Shown here in pieces: positions 28,875 through 40,823 of a DNA stretch of 64,000 nucleotides. Position 1 is the stretch's first letter. Every line of letters starts with the position of its first letter. Origin of the DNA: Variovorax sp. GTDB lineage: Bacteria; Pseudomonadota; Gammaproteobacteria; Burkholderiales; Burkholderiaceae_C. The notes under the pieces were generated by a model that worked only from the letters and a program-made list of their open reading frames with translations, was not told where the DNA came from and made no database searches. The DNA lies in contig JANMHJ010000040.1 of the NCBI GenBank assembly GCA_031375105.1, positions 37,798-101,797 on the forward strand, in the 5' to 3' direction. A program made the position numbers and the translations under genes.

Positions 28875-31118
28875 TTATTCAAGCACAGCACGCAATTGGC
28901 GGGTGGTCAGAGCCAAGCGTCGATTGCTCACTTGAGCCAAGCTAGACATGAAGGCCAGCGCATCTGCTGGATGGTTCATCGCCCAAGTGTCAAAGTCTGT
29001 TTTGGCCAACACCAACAGGCGTGCGGCCTGTTCTCGCGTTAGGGAATGTGCGGTGCGCGGCGTGCCGTTGAGAAACGCCATTTCTCCGAAAGCTTGGCCA
29101 CGCCCCACAGTTGCCAAGCGCAGTCCACCGGTGAGTGCGGTTTCCATGGAAATGCGGCCTTGATGAACAAAATACAAATCTGTGCTTTGATCGCCAGCAG
29201 CAAAAACACTTTGATCTGTTTCCAGTTCTAAGATACGCATGCGATTCATCAGAGCAGTGCGCGCTTCATCGCTCAGCGATTGCCCCAGTTCACCCAGTGG
29301 ATCTAACTCATTGGTGGCAACTGAAGGTCGCTCTGCCAATAAACCCTCCTCCGCCCATTCGAGGGCGCGATCCACATCAGCAAACAATTGCAGCCCAGGC
29401 ATGGGGGGAAGGCGTTCGAGGTCTGTCACCGCCAAAGCCAGTGGGATACCTTTGCTATCGAGCTCACGCGCTAAGCTGCGCAAATGCGCCAATCCTGTCT
29501 CGTCCCAAGCGGGAACGCGCGTCGCATCCAAAATCACCCAGCGGTGCTGGGACATCAATCGGGCACGCACCTGTTTAGCGACAAAGGCTGCAACACCAAA
29601 GGACACAATACCTTGCAGCTCAAATACCGCAACTTGATGCATGCGCTCGGCGACCCACTGATCGGCCTCTTTGCGACGTAGTCGGCGGGAACGCATTTGT
29701 CCATTCAGATGCTCGCGGCGCAGTGCACTGGATGCCGATACCTTGAGCAAGGCCACAGTCGCAACCACCAGACCCGTGACCAAGGCGATCACGCCACCTG
29801 CAAATGCAAACACCAAAGCCACCAACCAGCTCTGTAAAAGCGTGTCTTTGGCGCGTTGCCAAATGCTTCGAAGATACATCTCTTTTGGAATTTGACGCAA
29901 TCCTGCTGTGATCAAAGCACCTGCAAAGCAAGCCATGGGCAGCCAAGACAACCACCAATGCCCGGTCAAGGTGATGCCAAGGATCAAGCCTGCATGCCAA
30001 AGGCCGGCATTCGTTGCGAAGATCCCATTTTGACTGGCCATGCGGCTGCGCGAAGCACTGGTTGAGGCTGGAATCCAGCCCATCAATGCACAAGCGGCGC
30101 CTGCCAAGCTTTCCGTCTGCAAGACATTGTTGCCATGGTCAGGCTGAGTCTGTTCAGCAGCCAGTTCTTGCCTGAACACCACTATCTCTAAGCTGTTGAC
30201 CAGCGCAGCGAGAGCAGACAGTGAGAACAAGGTGGGACCCAATTGCCGCACAACATCGAGCCATGGTAAATTTTGCCATGTCGGTATCACAATAAATGAC
30301 AGTGAGTAGGGTTCGGCGGCACGGGCTAAGGTTGGCAGCAAGTCGCCCAGAGTCCATTGCAAGGCTAAGGCAACCAGCGCTACGAGTGCGGTGGCAGCAA
30401 ACAGCCAAGGAAACTGTGGCCACCGAGCTGTCACAAAGCGCTGAAATAACCAGGCCAGCAACACCACGGCACCGGCGACGCTGGCATGCCAAGCCAGAAC
30501 CAAATCCCATACCCACAGATCGGCACCGAAGGCGATTTTCAGTTGGGATAAGACCATGGCCAAACCCACGCCAGCTGCAAAGCCCTGCATCACTGGAACG
30601 GGCATAAAGCGCGCCAAATCAGCCAATCGGAGCACCCCAAAAAGCCATTGCAGCATAAAGGTAAAAGCGATCACCAACGAGGTCACGGCCAAGGCATGTC
30701 CGGGAGACAAGCCCAGTGCATCGGCCTGTCGTACAACCAACCCCAAAACCGTGCCGTAAAGCAAAGCGATTACGGTGCTCGGTGCATAGATGACGCCGCT
30801 ATGGCGAAACAGCACAGCCATCAACACGCAGGGCAATGCAACGGCCCACATGACCATCGCCCCAATCGGAAAATCAGAACTCACCGGCGAGAGCGCCAAC
30901 AAACCCAAACCGAGCGCATGAGGTAGCGTGACAGAAGCTGCCGAAGCGCCGCCCGTAAATCCGGGCCACCGGACTAACGATGCTGGCAAGCTGGGGGCAA
31001 GGGTGGCTTCGGAGTCGATGGACGACATGTTTGAAGCGCTCAGGGACAGGCGCGGGTGCAGGCAACATCCGCGTAAAGATCTAGAGCGACGAACGAGGCG
31101 ATGGCATCCAAAGGCCAA
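28875..31118 (-). CDS. SulP-family anion transporter fused to STAS and cyclic-nucleotide-binding (CAP-effector) domains
   Basis: SulP signature region (…LAGAACALMGWIPASTSASRSRMASQNG…), a STAS domain (VAVFELQGIVSFG…ILDATRVPAWDETG) and a C-terminal cNMP-binding domain (…FGEMAFLNGTPRTAHS…). N-terminal start uncertain (31118 or internal Met at about 31028). Confidence 0.7.
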   Translation of the reverse strand: MAFGCHRLVRRSRSLRGCCLHPRLSLSASNMSSIDSEATLAPSLPASLVRWPGFTGGASAASVTLPHALGLGLLALSPVSSDFPIGAMVMWAVALPCVLMAVLFRHSGVIYAPSTVIALLYGTVLGLVVRQADALGLSPGHALAVTSLVIAFTFMLQWLFGVLRLADLARFMPVPVMQGFAAGVGLAMVLSQLKIAFGADLWVWDLVLAWHASVAGAVVLLAWLFQRFVTARWPQFPWLFAATALVALVALALQWTLGDLLPTLARAAEPYSLSFIVIPTWQNLPWLDVVRQLGPTLFSLSALAALVNSLEIVVFRQELAAEQTQPDHGNNVLQTESLAGAACALMGWIPASTSASRSRMASQNGIFATNAGLWHAGLILGITLTGHWWLSWLPMACFAGALITAGLRQIPKEMYLRSIWQRAKDTLLQSWLVALVFAFAGGVIALVTGLVVATVALLKVSASSALRREHLNGQMRSRRLRRKEADQWVAERMHQVAVFELQGIVSFGVAAFVAKQVRARLMSQHRWVILDATRVPAWDETGLAHLRSLARELDSKGIPLALAVTDLERLPPMPGLQLFADVDRALEWAEEGLLAERPSVATNELDPLGELGQSLSDEARTALMNRMRILELETDQSVFAAGDQSTDLYFVHQGRISMETALTGGLRLATVGRGQAFGEMAFLNGTPRTAHSLTREQAARLLVLAKTDFDTWAMNHPADALAFMSSLAQVSNRRLALTTRQLRAVLE

Positions 31119-31264
31119 TGCAAGGTGGATTTCATGGCGCGAAGCATAACACCGCCTTTACACCAAAACGCTCTCACATAGGCAAGCAGGAACACAGTGC
31201 GTACAGCAGCGTTGATCAACTGATTTCATGGGTGATGAGCTTGATCGCAGATGCCAAAAAGTGT

Positions 31265-32671
31265 TTAACTTTTGTTTTCGAAATAGGGTTGAGATTCGGG
31301 TTGATGCCAGCCCCGCGTCTTGCCCGGATTCATCAAACCATGCGGGTCGGCGATTTTTTTGAAGTCGATTTGAGCAGGGTCAATTTCTTTCATGCCGCCG
31401 TCTTCTATGGTGACAACGTGGTTGTCGAAAACCATACAACCGTCTTGCTCGAATTCTTTGATGATTTCGTAAAGGCGAGCTTTGTCGAAATAGCTCACCA
31501 GCGGTAAGCCGAAGGCGACACAACCGCCGTATTGGCGGCCGAATTCGTGGTGTTGCAAAACTTCATCGCCCCAGCGCGCCATTTGCTTTTCTACCAAGGC
31601 GATGTCGATGCCAATGCCTTGTGTCCATGGTGCGACGGTTTGTAGATTCGTCCAGCTTTTGTCTTGCTTAAGTGCGATGAGGGTGGTGTGGTTGTAGGCG
31701 CATTCAAAAGCGGGGGAGAGCTTTTCGACTTTGAGTTGCTCTTCGGTGAAGGCCATGGATTCGTAGCCAGCGTGTTTGGCGACGAGGGCACGCCAAGCCT
31801 CTAAGCTTGTGGGGTTGACCATAGAGAACACGGCATCTTTGTTGGCCGGAAAACGTGCGCCAAACTCAGCTTCGTAATACGGAGCAATGCGCCGCTCCAC
31901 TGCGGTGATGAGGAAGGCATCGACCGAGCTACCAATCGCTTCCGTGGCCTCACAGCCAAAGCGTAGGGCGGCACTGTAACTGTCAAACAGGGCGATGTGG
32001 TGCACCCAATCGACAGCGGGCTTGAGGCTTAAAGTGAGCGCGGTGATGATGCCGTTGGTGCCGTAAGCATGATGCACTTTTTGAATGTCGGCATCTTTCA
32101 ATTCAATGATGCGCGGAGTTTCTTCCAGCGTGACGACGCGAATCATCGTGACATTGCCTGCGTCTTTCAAAATCCCATTGCGCACACTGCCCGCGCCAGC
32201 ATAGCCGCCTGCGATGAACCCGCCGATGGTGGCGATGTCGCGCGTACTGGGGTACATGAGAATTTCTTGGCCGCCTTCTACGCAGCCGTCAGCTCGCACG
32301 GTTTTCTCTAAATCAGCGATCAAGATGCCCGCTTCGCAGGTCACCTTTCCAGGCGCAATACTGATCACGCGATTGAGCTGCGTGACATCCAAAATCACGC
32401 CACCTTCGAGCGGCACGCATTGGCCGTAATTGCCTGTGCCGCCGCCTCTTATCGTGATGTTGAGGCGGTGCTTGGCGCAGGCGGCAGCGACTTGGATGAC
32501 TTCCTGTTCATCGCGCGGGCTGACCATGATGTCGCCCATCTTGTCATCGAGCTCGGCTTTGAGAATGGGGCTGTACCAGTAGTAGTCTTTCGATTTCACA
32601 GCGAGCGTGTGTGCATCGCGGGTCAGCTGGATACCTTGGATGTCTTGGAGGAAGGCTTCGAAGTTTTTCAT
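31265..32671 (-). CDS. FAD-linked oxidase (PCMH-type FAD-binding domain)
   Basis: FAD_binding_4 motifs (RGGGTGNYGQ…) plus a C-terminal oxidase domain. Confidence 0.7.
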   Translation of the reverse strand: MKNFEAFLQDIQGIQLTRDAHTLAVKSKDYYWYSPILKAELDDKMGDIMVSPRDEQEVIQVAAACAKHRLNITIRGGGTGNYGQCVPLEGGVILDVTQLNRVISIAPGKVTCEAGILIADLEKTVRADGCVEGGQEILMYPSTRDIATIGGFIAGGYAGAGSVRNGILKDAGNVTMIRVVTLEETPRIIELKDADIQKVHHAYGTNGIITALTLSLKPAVDWVHHIALFDSYSAALRFGCEATEAIGSSVDAFLITAVERRIAPYYEAEFGARFPANKDAVFSMVNPTSLEAWRALVAKHAGYESMAFTEEQLKVEKLSPAFECAYNHTTLIALKQDKSWTNLQTVAPWTQGIGIDIALVEKQMARWGDEVLQHHEFGRQYGGCVAFGLPLVSYFDKARLYEIIKEFEQDGCMVFDNHVVTIEDGGMKEIDPAQIDFKKIADPHGLMNPGKTRGWHQPESQPYFENKS

Positions 32672-32763
32672 GAGGTTAGGGGTGTGAAGTCAAGTTGCCG
32701 GGCGCGAAGGGTGCGTAACTTTCGCGCCCTTCGCGTCCGGTATTGGTATTCGGTTGTTAAATC

Positions 32764-34005
32764 TCAAATCGTTGACAGTCTCTGCACAAGAGGCGCATTC
32801 ATCAAATCGCGTGCATCACTCGCATGCACGAGTAGTAAATCATTCACAGCGCAGCCTTCGCGGATCAAACCATCCCAAGGCAGACGCATGGCTTTGGAGG
32901 GCGCGCTGGTGATGCTGCTGAGCCAATCGATGGGCTGCGATAAATGGCCCATTTGAACGGCTAGCGCATAACTGGCCAAAGGGTTGTAGCTGCCGTAGGG
33001 ATAGAAGCCATCTGCGACGTTGTCTGTGGCAATGGAGCAGTTCACGCCCAGCTCGCGCGCTTCACGCAGGCGGGTGAGGCCGCGCTCTAGGGGCGTGCGG
33101 TTCCACGCGCCTTGTAAGTAGAGATTGGTGGCGGGCAGTGCGACTATATGGATGCCTGCTTGGGCGCAGAGCTTGAGCGTAGCCATGGCTTCCGCGTCGC
33201 TTTGTACGGCGAGTGAGCAGGCGTGGCCGCAGGTGACGCGGCCATGCCAGTTGTTTTTGATCGTGAGCTCGGCAATGGCTTTCAAGCCGCGTGCATCAGC
33301 GTCTAGGCCTTCGTCGGCATGGAAATCTAGATCGAGTTGGTTTTTGATGGCCAGATCAAAGACGCGCTGGAGTTTGTCGTAGATGCGTTCGTTGCGGTAA
33401 ACGAACGCGCCGAGCAGGGCAGCTTCGCCTTGGCTTTGATCACAAGTGAGGTTTGCAGTGGCGACTTCGAGCGCGAGCTCTTCGCCGTTGAAGGCAGCAT
33501 CAAAACCTTCGCCAAAAAAATCCAATGGCGTGAGGCTCACGCATTGCAGTGTGAGTCTGCCGCGCCACTGAGTGCGCAGCTTTTCAAACACGGCGAGAGA
33601 TTTCGGCGCATCTTTGTTCATCCAATCCAGATGCGTGCGCAGGGCTCGGCAGCCGTTGGTATAGGCTTCCGTCAAGGCGCGTTGCATGCGAGATTCAATT
33701 TGCGCAGCGCTCCAGCCGTCGCGGTGTTGGGCCATGCGCTCAATCGCTGCATACAAATCGCCTTCTGCTGCGCCCACTTCATCCACGACGAAAGTTTTGT
33801 CAATGTGCAGATGCAAATCGACGAAAGCAGGCAGCAGCATCTGCGCCTCATTCACTATTGAATTAATAGCATGCTGTGCAGGTTTTATAACGGCTAGAAG
33901 CCCTTTTTCTATATAAATATCGAACGCAGTTGCCTCAACAGAGAAGCCACGCACGCTGTGCGGAATCTGCACACCCGTGATAACACGTGAGCTTGCATCC
34001 ATCAA
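32764..34005 (-). CDS. Cytosine-deaminase-family amidohydrolase (CodA/creatinine-deaminase-like)
   Basis: Metal-binding HxH (PAFVDLHLHIDKTF), aligning with CodA PPFVEPHIHLDTT, and a downstream HADE… motif. Its stop overlaps the ABC permease start. Confidence 0.7.
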   Translation of the reverse strand: MMDASSRVITGVQIPHSVRGFSVEATAFDIYIEKGLLAVIKPAQHAINSIVNEAQMLLPAFVDLHLHIDKTFVVDEVGAAEGDLYAAIERMAQHRDGWSAAQIESRMQRALTEAYTNGCRALRTHLDWMNKDAPKSLAVFEKLRTQWRGRLTLQCVSLTPLDFFGEGFDAAFNGEELALEVATANLTCDQSQGEAALLGAFVYRNERIYDKLQRVFDLAIKNQLDLDFHADEGLDADARGLKAIAELTIKNNWHGRVTCGHACSLAVQSDAEAMATLKLCAQAGIHIVALPATNLYLQGAWNRTPLERGLTRLREARELGVNCSIATDNVADGFYPYGSYNPLASYALAVQMGHLSQPIDWLSSITSAPSKAMRLPWDGLIREGCAVNDLLLVHASDARDLMNAPLVQRLSTI

Positions 34006-34847
34006 CGACTTGCCTTGACTTCGCTCTCATGCCATTTGCCGAGAACGAGTTTGGAGATGAAGTTAAACAACACAAAAATCATCACACCTGTGAGCGAAAC
34101 GAGCACCAGCGCCGCAAACATTTTCGGAATTTCGGTGCGAAAGCTCGCTTCCAAGATGCGTGATGCCAAACCCGTTTGCTTACCAGCCGCGCCTGCGGTG
34201 AATTCTGCCACCACAGCGCCAATCAAGCTCAGGCCGCCGGCGATTTTCAAGCCGGCGATGAAGTAAGGCATGGCCGAGGGAATGAGCAAATGGCGCAGTG
34301 TTTGCCAAGGCGAGGCGCGATACAGCGTGAAGAGATCGCGCAAATTATGATCTGCGCTGCGCAGGCCGATCACGGTGTTGGAAAGAATGGGGAAGAAAGC
34401 CACGATCCAAGCGCAGAGTAAGAGCGCGGCCATGGTGCTGTCGATGAAAATCAAAATCAAAGGCGCAATCGCCACAATCGGCGTGACTTGCAAAACGATG
34501 GCAAACGGGAAGAGGCTGGCTTCAACCCATTTGTTGAGCGCAAATAGCGTGGCCAGAATCACGCCGCCAGTGACGGCTAAAAACAGCGCGCCAAAAGTCA
34601 CTTTCATCGTGAACCACCAGCTCTCCATCAGCGAGCCGAGATTCTCCCAAAGCGTTTGCAAAACGAGCGTGGGCGCGGGAAGGATGTAGTGCGGAATGTT
34701 GTTGATTCGCACTAAGGCTTCCCAGCCTACCAAGGCAGCAGCGAACACCACGAAAGGCAGAATTTTTAAGAGAAAAGTGCTTCCACCCGTTATATTCTGT
34801 GCGCTAGGTGCTATTAAATTCATAGTATTTTGCGAATCTTCAGACAT
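34002..34847 (-). CDS. ABC transporter permease (NitT/TauT aliphatic sulfonate/nitrate/pyrimidine-type)
   Basis: 6-TM BPD_transp_1 permease with the EAA-like loop. Overlaps the ATPase gene by 8 nt. Confidence 0.8.
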   Translation of the reverse strand: MSEDSQNTMNLIAPSAQNITGGSTFLLKILPFVVFAAALVGWEALVRINNIPHYILPAPTLVLQTLWENLGSLMESWWFTMKVTFGALFLAVTGGVILATLFALNKWVEASLFPFAIVLQVTPIVAIAPLILIFIDSTMAALLLCAWIVAFFPILSNTVIGLRSADHNLRDLFTLYRASPWQTLRHLLIPSAMPYFIAGLKIAGGLSLIGAVVAEFTAGAAGKQTGLASRILEASFRTEIPKMFAALVLVSLTGVMIFVLFNFISKLVLGKWHESEVKASR

Positions 34848-35601
34848 GATGCTCTCCCGCTTTTTGTAGTTCTTGCGAGACTTTCACGCAAAGTTGCGCA
34901 TAGCGCTCGGTGCTCCTAAAAGCGTCCGTGCGCGGATACGGTTCGTCAATGGCAATATCTGCGATCACGCGGCCTGGCCTTGCGGCCATGATGATGATGC
35001 GATTGCTCAAATACACGCTCTCGTAAACGCTGTGGGTGACGAAAACTGTGGTGAATTGCTTCGCATGCCAGAGGGACAACGTGTCGTTATTGAGCTTGAA
35101 GCGCGTCATCTCATCGAGCGCGGCGAAAGGCTCATCCATCAACAAGAGACGCGGCTCGGTGACCATGGCTCGCGCTATCGAGACGCGCATTTTCATGCCG
35201 CCGGAAAGCTCGCGCGGATAGACATGTGCAAACTGCGCCAAGCCTACTTTCTTTAATGCGTCTTCTACCTGCGAACGCGCTTGCTCGCGGTTTTTCCCTT
35301 TGAGGCGAAGCGGCAACCACACATTGTCAAACACCACCGACCAAGGCATGAGCGTAGGCTCTTGGAAGACGAAAGAAATGTCTTTGGAATGATCCTTCGA
35401 TGGATCGCTCCAAGCGATCTGACCTGAAGTCATGGGCAGCAGGCCTGCCATCATCTTGAGAGCTGTGCTCTTGCCACAGCCTGAAGGGCCGAGCAGGCTG
35501 ACGAATTGATGTTCACCAATGGCCAGATCGACATCTTGCAGAGCAAGTGTGCCGTTGTCATAGCGTTTCACGACGCGCTGGAGTTCAAGGAGTGTGCTCA
35601 T
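34840..35601 (-). CDS. ABC transporter ATP-binding protein (NitT/TauT family)
   Basis: Walker A GPSGCGKST, signature LSGGMKMR, Walker B LLLMDEPF. Confidence 0.85.
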   Translation of the reverse strand: MSTLLELQRVVKRYDNGTLALQDVDLAIGEHQFVSLLGPSGCGKSTALKMMAGLLPMTSGQIAWSDPSKDHSKDISFVFQEPTLMPWSVVFDNVWLPLRLKGKNREQARSQVEDALKKVGLAQFAHVYPRELSGGMKMRVSIARAMVTEPRLLLMDEPFAALDEMTRFKLNNDTLSLWHAKQFTTVFVTHSVYESVYLSNRIIIMAARPGRVIADIAIDEPYPRTDAFRSTERYAQLCVKVSQELQKAGEHHV

Positions 35602-35614
35602 GCTTGGGGAGAAT

Positions 35615-36445
35615 TCAAACAGGGATTTCAGGATGCTGCCGCAACGTGCTCATCGGCAAGCTGCTGATCTCTTGCAAGACTTGCGCCAGTTTTTGCGCAG
35701 AAGCGTTGATCACCGCATGGCCTTTCTCTGCTGTGGCAATAGATGCATTGCCGCAAGCACCCAACGGGTTGTAATCCTGCGTTTGCCAGCCCATTTTGGC
35801 GCTGCTTCCGTTACCTAAGATCGGGTATTTTTCATGCCGCGCTTGCGAGCTGCTTTTGAAATCACGCGCTTGAGACATGTCCACTGTCTGCGGCGCGAGA
35901 GCCAGCATCATGGAAGTTTCCATGTCGCCGCCATGTATGCCGAAGCGGTGCTCGTCTGCGCTGAAGAGACCATTGACTTCGTCGCCCAAAGGCAACGTGA
36001 ACCAGTTGACGCTGAAAACCAGCATGTCGAGTCGCACGCGTAGATCTCGCGCCACGATATCCATCACGCTGATTTGCCCGCCATGCGAATTGAGCAGCAC
36101 GAGTTTTTTGATACCTGCGCGATGCACACATTCGCCTAGCTCTGTCCACAGCGCAATCACCGTCTCAGCCTTCAAAGTGAGCGTGCCTGGAAAGCGCTGG
36201 TGCTCATTGCTTTTGCCCACTTGTTGTGTGGGTAAAAACAAAGCGCGGGTGTTGCCGAGCAAGGGCAGGGTGGCTGATACCACGCCGTTGACCAAGGTCG
36301 TGTCCACCGAGGTTGGCAAATGTGGTCCATGTTGTTCAATGGCTGCAACAGGAAGCACGGCGACGATGTCGTCTGCGCCACTGGCAGCGAGTTGGGCAAA
36401 GTTGCGGGTGGAGAGATCCGCCCAAGAGTGAGAAGGAAGTTTCAT
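35615..36445 (-). CDS. Creatininase (creatinine amidohydrolase) family protein
   Basis: LPVAAIEQHGPHLP…, a creatininase-fold metal-binding motif. First gene of the minus-strand operon. Confidence 0.75.
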   Translation of the reverse strand: MKLPSHSWADLSTRNFAQLAASGADDIVAVLPVAAIEQHGPHLPTSVDTTLVNGVVSATLPLLGNTRALFLPTQQVGKSNEHQRFPGTLTLKAETVIALWTELGECVHRAGIKKLVLLNSHGGQISVMDIVARDLRVRLDMLVFSVNWFTLPLGDEVNGLFSADEHRFGIHGGDMETSMMLALAPQTVDMSQARDFKSSSQARHEKYPILGNGSSAKMGWQTQDYNPLGACGNASIATAEKGHAVINASAQKLAQVLQEISSLPMSTLRQHPEIPV

Positions 36446-36606
36446 TTCCAGATGTTAAACGGGAAAGACGATGTCGCAGCACAGGGGGGCGGACAAACCC
36501 TGTTGGCATATTGGCCTGACTATTGCTAGTATCTTTGCTGAAACTTGACCAAACGGTCAGTTTTAAGCCATTGCACTGTTGATGCATAGCCCAAGGAGTT
36601 GCCAGC

Positions 36607-37956
36607 GTGTCTGCCCATATTTCCCCCGATATCCGCCCCGCCCGCCTGAGTGCGCAAGAATATGCCGCTCGCTTTGGTGATGCCACGCCGCGCCTCACGC
36701 CTTCTCAAGCGCTGCTAGAAGCCGAGCGCTGCTTGTATTGCTTTGATGCACCCTGCGCCAAAGCCTGCCCCACCAGCATTGATGTGCCATCGTTCATCAA
36801 ACGCATCGCAGATGGCAACCTGCGCGGTTCGGCGCGCACCATTTTGGAATCCAACCCGCTGGGCGGCATGTGTGCCCGCGTTTGCCCGACGGAAAATTTG
36901 TGTGAGGCTGTGTGCGTGCGCACCACGCAGGAAGACAAGCCTGTGGCGATTGGCCGCTTGCAGCGCTATGCGGTGGATGCGCTGATGGAAAGCAAGCAGC
37001 CCCAGATATTTACTCGCGCAGCAGTGACGGGTAAAAAAATCGCGGTGGTGGGCGCAGGCCCAGCAGGCCTCTCATGCGCTTACACGCTCGCTCGCGAAGG
37101 CCATGGCGTGGTTATTTTTGACGCTCGCCCCAAAGCGGGTGGACTCAACGAATATGGCTTGGCAAGCTACAAAACACCGAATGATTTTGCGCAGCGGGAG
37201 ATCAAATGGCTGCTAGATATTGGTGGCATTGAAATTCGCCACGATTGGAAACTAGAAACCGCGCAGCAATTGGCTACATTGCGCCAAGATTTTGATGCGC
37301 TGTTTTTGGGCATGGGCTTGTCCAGCACGCACCAGCTTGGCGTGCCCGGCGAAGATTTACAGGGCGTGCAAGATGCGGTGGATTTCATTGCTACTTTGCG
37401 GCAAACGGTTGATCTGGCCACCTTGCCTGTAGGCAGGCGCGTGGTGGTGATTGGCGGCGGGATGACGGCTGTGGATGCTTCTGTGCAGTCTAAATTACTG
37501 GGTGCAGAAAGCGTGCACATGGTGTACCGGCGTGGCGCAACAACGATGACGGCTTCTAAAGACGAGCAAGAGTGGGCACAGACGAATGGCGTGGTGATCT
37601 CTCACTGGCTTTCGCCGGTGGAAGTGATCGGAGCAAACGACCATGCAACAGGGGTGAAATTCGCGCAGCAAGCTCTTGTTGGCGGCAAGCTCGTGCGCAC
37701 CGGGCAAACGCAAGTGATCGAAGCCGATATGGTGCTCAAAGCCATTGGCCAGCAATTGGGCAACCCTGTGCTCTCGCAAGCAGGTTTCCAGCTGGAAGGT
37801 GGGCGCATAGTGACGAATACTGCTGGTTTGACCAATTTGCGCGGAGTTTGGGCAGGCGGCGACTGCCGCGCAGGCGGGCTGGATTTAACAGTGGAAGCCG
37901 TGGAGCATGGCAAGCAGTCTGCCTATGCGATCCACGCCCATCTTGGTAACGCTTGA
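36607..37956 (+). CDS. preT: NAD-dependent dihydropyrimidine dehydrogenase subunit PreT (GltD-like)
   Basis: N-terminal 4Fe-4S cysteine cluster (CLYCFDAPCAKACP…CARVCPTENLCEAVC) followed by FAD/NAD(P) Rossmann motifs (VVGAGPAGL, VIGGGMTAVD). Confidence 0.85.
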   Translation: MSAHISPDIRPARLSAQEYAARFGDATPRLTPSQALLEAERCLYCFDAPCAKACPTSIDVPSFIKRIADGNLRGSARTILESNPLGGMCARVCPTENLCEAVCVRTTQEDKPVAIGRLQRYAVDALMESKQPQIFTRAAVTGKKIAVVGAGPAGLSCAYTLAREGHGVVIFDARPKAGGLNEYGLASYKTPNDFAQREIKWLLDIGGIEIRHDWKLETAQQLATLRQDFDALFLGMGLSSTHQLGVPGEDLQGVQDAVDFIATLRQTVDLATLPVGRRVVVIGGGMTAVDASVQSKLLGAESVHMVYRRGATTMTASKDEQEWAQTNGVVISHWLSPVEVIGANDHATGVKFAQQALVGGKLVRTGQTQVIEADMVLKAIGQQLGNPVLSQAGFQLEGGRIVTNTAGLTNLRGVWAGGDCRAGGLDLTVEAVEHGKQSAYAIHAHLGNA

Positions 37957-39287
37957 ATCACGGAGTGAAAACGATGGCAAATCTCAACACCACTTTCGCT
38001 GGCATCCAAAGCCCCAATCCCTTTTGGCTTGCCTCTGCACCACCCACAGACAAAGCCTACAACGTCAACCGCGCTTTTGAGGCGGGCTGGGGTGGGGTGG
38101 TCTGGAAAACACTGGGCGAAGCGGGGCCGCCTGTGGTCAACGTGAACGGCCCGCGCTATGGCGCTTTGCTCACACCCGATCGCCGCATGATGGGCTTCAA
38201 CAACATTGAACTCATCACCGATCGCGATCTGGAGATCAACCTGAAAGAAATTACCGAGGTCAAACGCAATTGGGCAGATCGAGCCATGATCGTCTCGCTG
38301 ATGGTGCCTTGCGAAGAGCAAGCTTGGAAGGCGATTTTGCCGCGCGTGGAAGATACAGGTGCAGATGGCATTGAGCTCAATTTTGGTTGCCCGCATGGCA
38401 TGAGCGAACGCGGCATGGGCGCGGCTGTGGGGCAAGTGCCTGAATACATTGAGATGCTCACGGCTTGGTGCAAGCAGTATTCCAAGTTGCCAGTGATCGT
38501 CAAGCTCACGCCAAACATCACCGACATTCGCCTGCCCGCACGTGCGGCGAAGCGCGGCGGCGCGGATGCTGTCTCACTCATCAACACGATTAACTCCATC
38601 ATGGGTGTTGATCCCGCCACGCTCACCATGTCGCCATCCACCGGTGGCAAAGGCTCGCATGGCGGCTATTGCGGCCCTGCTGTCAAACCGATTTCACTCA
38701 ACATGGTGGCTGAGATTGCGCGTGACTCAGAGACGGCGGGCATTCCCATCTCTGGCATCGGCGGCATAGGCAACTGGCGAGATGCGCTGGACTACATCGC
38801 CCTCGGCTCAAGCAATGTGCAAGTTTGTACCGCTGCAATGGTCTATGGTTTCAAAATCGTCCAAGAGATGAAGGATGGCTTGTCGAACTACATGGACGAG
38901 ATGGGTTTTAAGAGCGTGCAAGAGATCGTCGGCAAGGCATTGCCTACAGTGTCTCCTTGGCAATATTTGAATCTCAATACCATTTCGAAGGCCGTGATCA
39001 ATCAAGACACTTGCATTCAATGTGGCCGCTGCCATATCGCCTGCGAAGACACATCGCACCAAGCAATCACATTTGTCAAAAATGGCAAACGGCATTTTGA
39101 GGTGATGGAAGACGAATGCGTGGGCTGCAATCTCTGCGTCACGGTTTGCCCTGTGCCTGAATGCATCACGCTGCGCGATTTATCCGTAGGAGAGACCGAT
39201 CTGCGGACTGGCAAGAAAGTCAGCGATGCACATGCGGATTGGACGATGCATCCGAATAATCCCATGCGTGCAAGCGTGCCTGCCTAG
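37953..39287 (+). CDS. preA: NAD-dependent dihydropyrimidine dehydrogenase subunit PreA (DHOD-like plus 2x4Fe-4S)
   Basis: Dihydroorotate-dehydrogenase-like TIM barrel and two C-terminal ferredoxin CxxCxxCxxxCP motifs. 4-nt overlap with preT. Confidence 0.9.
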   Translation: MNHGVKTMANLNTTFAGIQSPNPFWLASAPPTDKAYNVNRAFEAGWGGVVWKTLGEAGPPVVNVNGPRYGALLTPDRRMMGFNNIELITDRDLEINLKEITEVKRNWADRAMIVSLMVPCEEQAWKAILPRVEDTGADGIELNFGCPHGMSERGMGAAVGQVPEYIEMLTAWCKQYSKLPVIVKLTPNITDIRLPARAAKRGGADAVSLINTINSIMGVDPATLTMSPSTGGKGSHGGYCGPAVKPISLNMVAEIARDSETAGIPISGIGGIGNWRDALDYIALGSSNVQVCTAAMVYGFKIVQEMKDGLSNYMDEMGFKSVQEIVGKALPTVSPWQYLNLNTISKAVINQDTCIQCGRCHIACEDTSHQAITFVKNGKRHFEVMEDECVGCNLCVTVCPVPECITLRDLSVGETDLRTGKKVSDAHADWTMHPNNPMRASVPA

Positions 39288-39330
39288 GTTCACAATACCG
39301 CATAGTTCGTCTTTTTTATCCGCTTATTGA

Positions 39331-40797
<1,467 letters not shown>

Positions 40798-40823
40798 TCG
40801 TTTAATCTTTTGGAGTCAAGATC

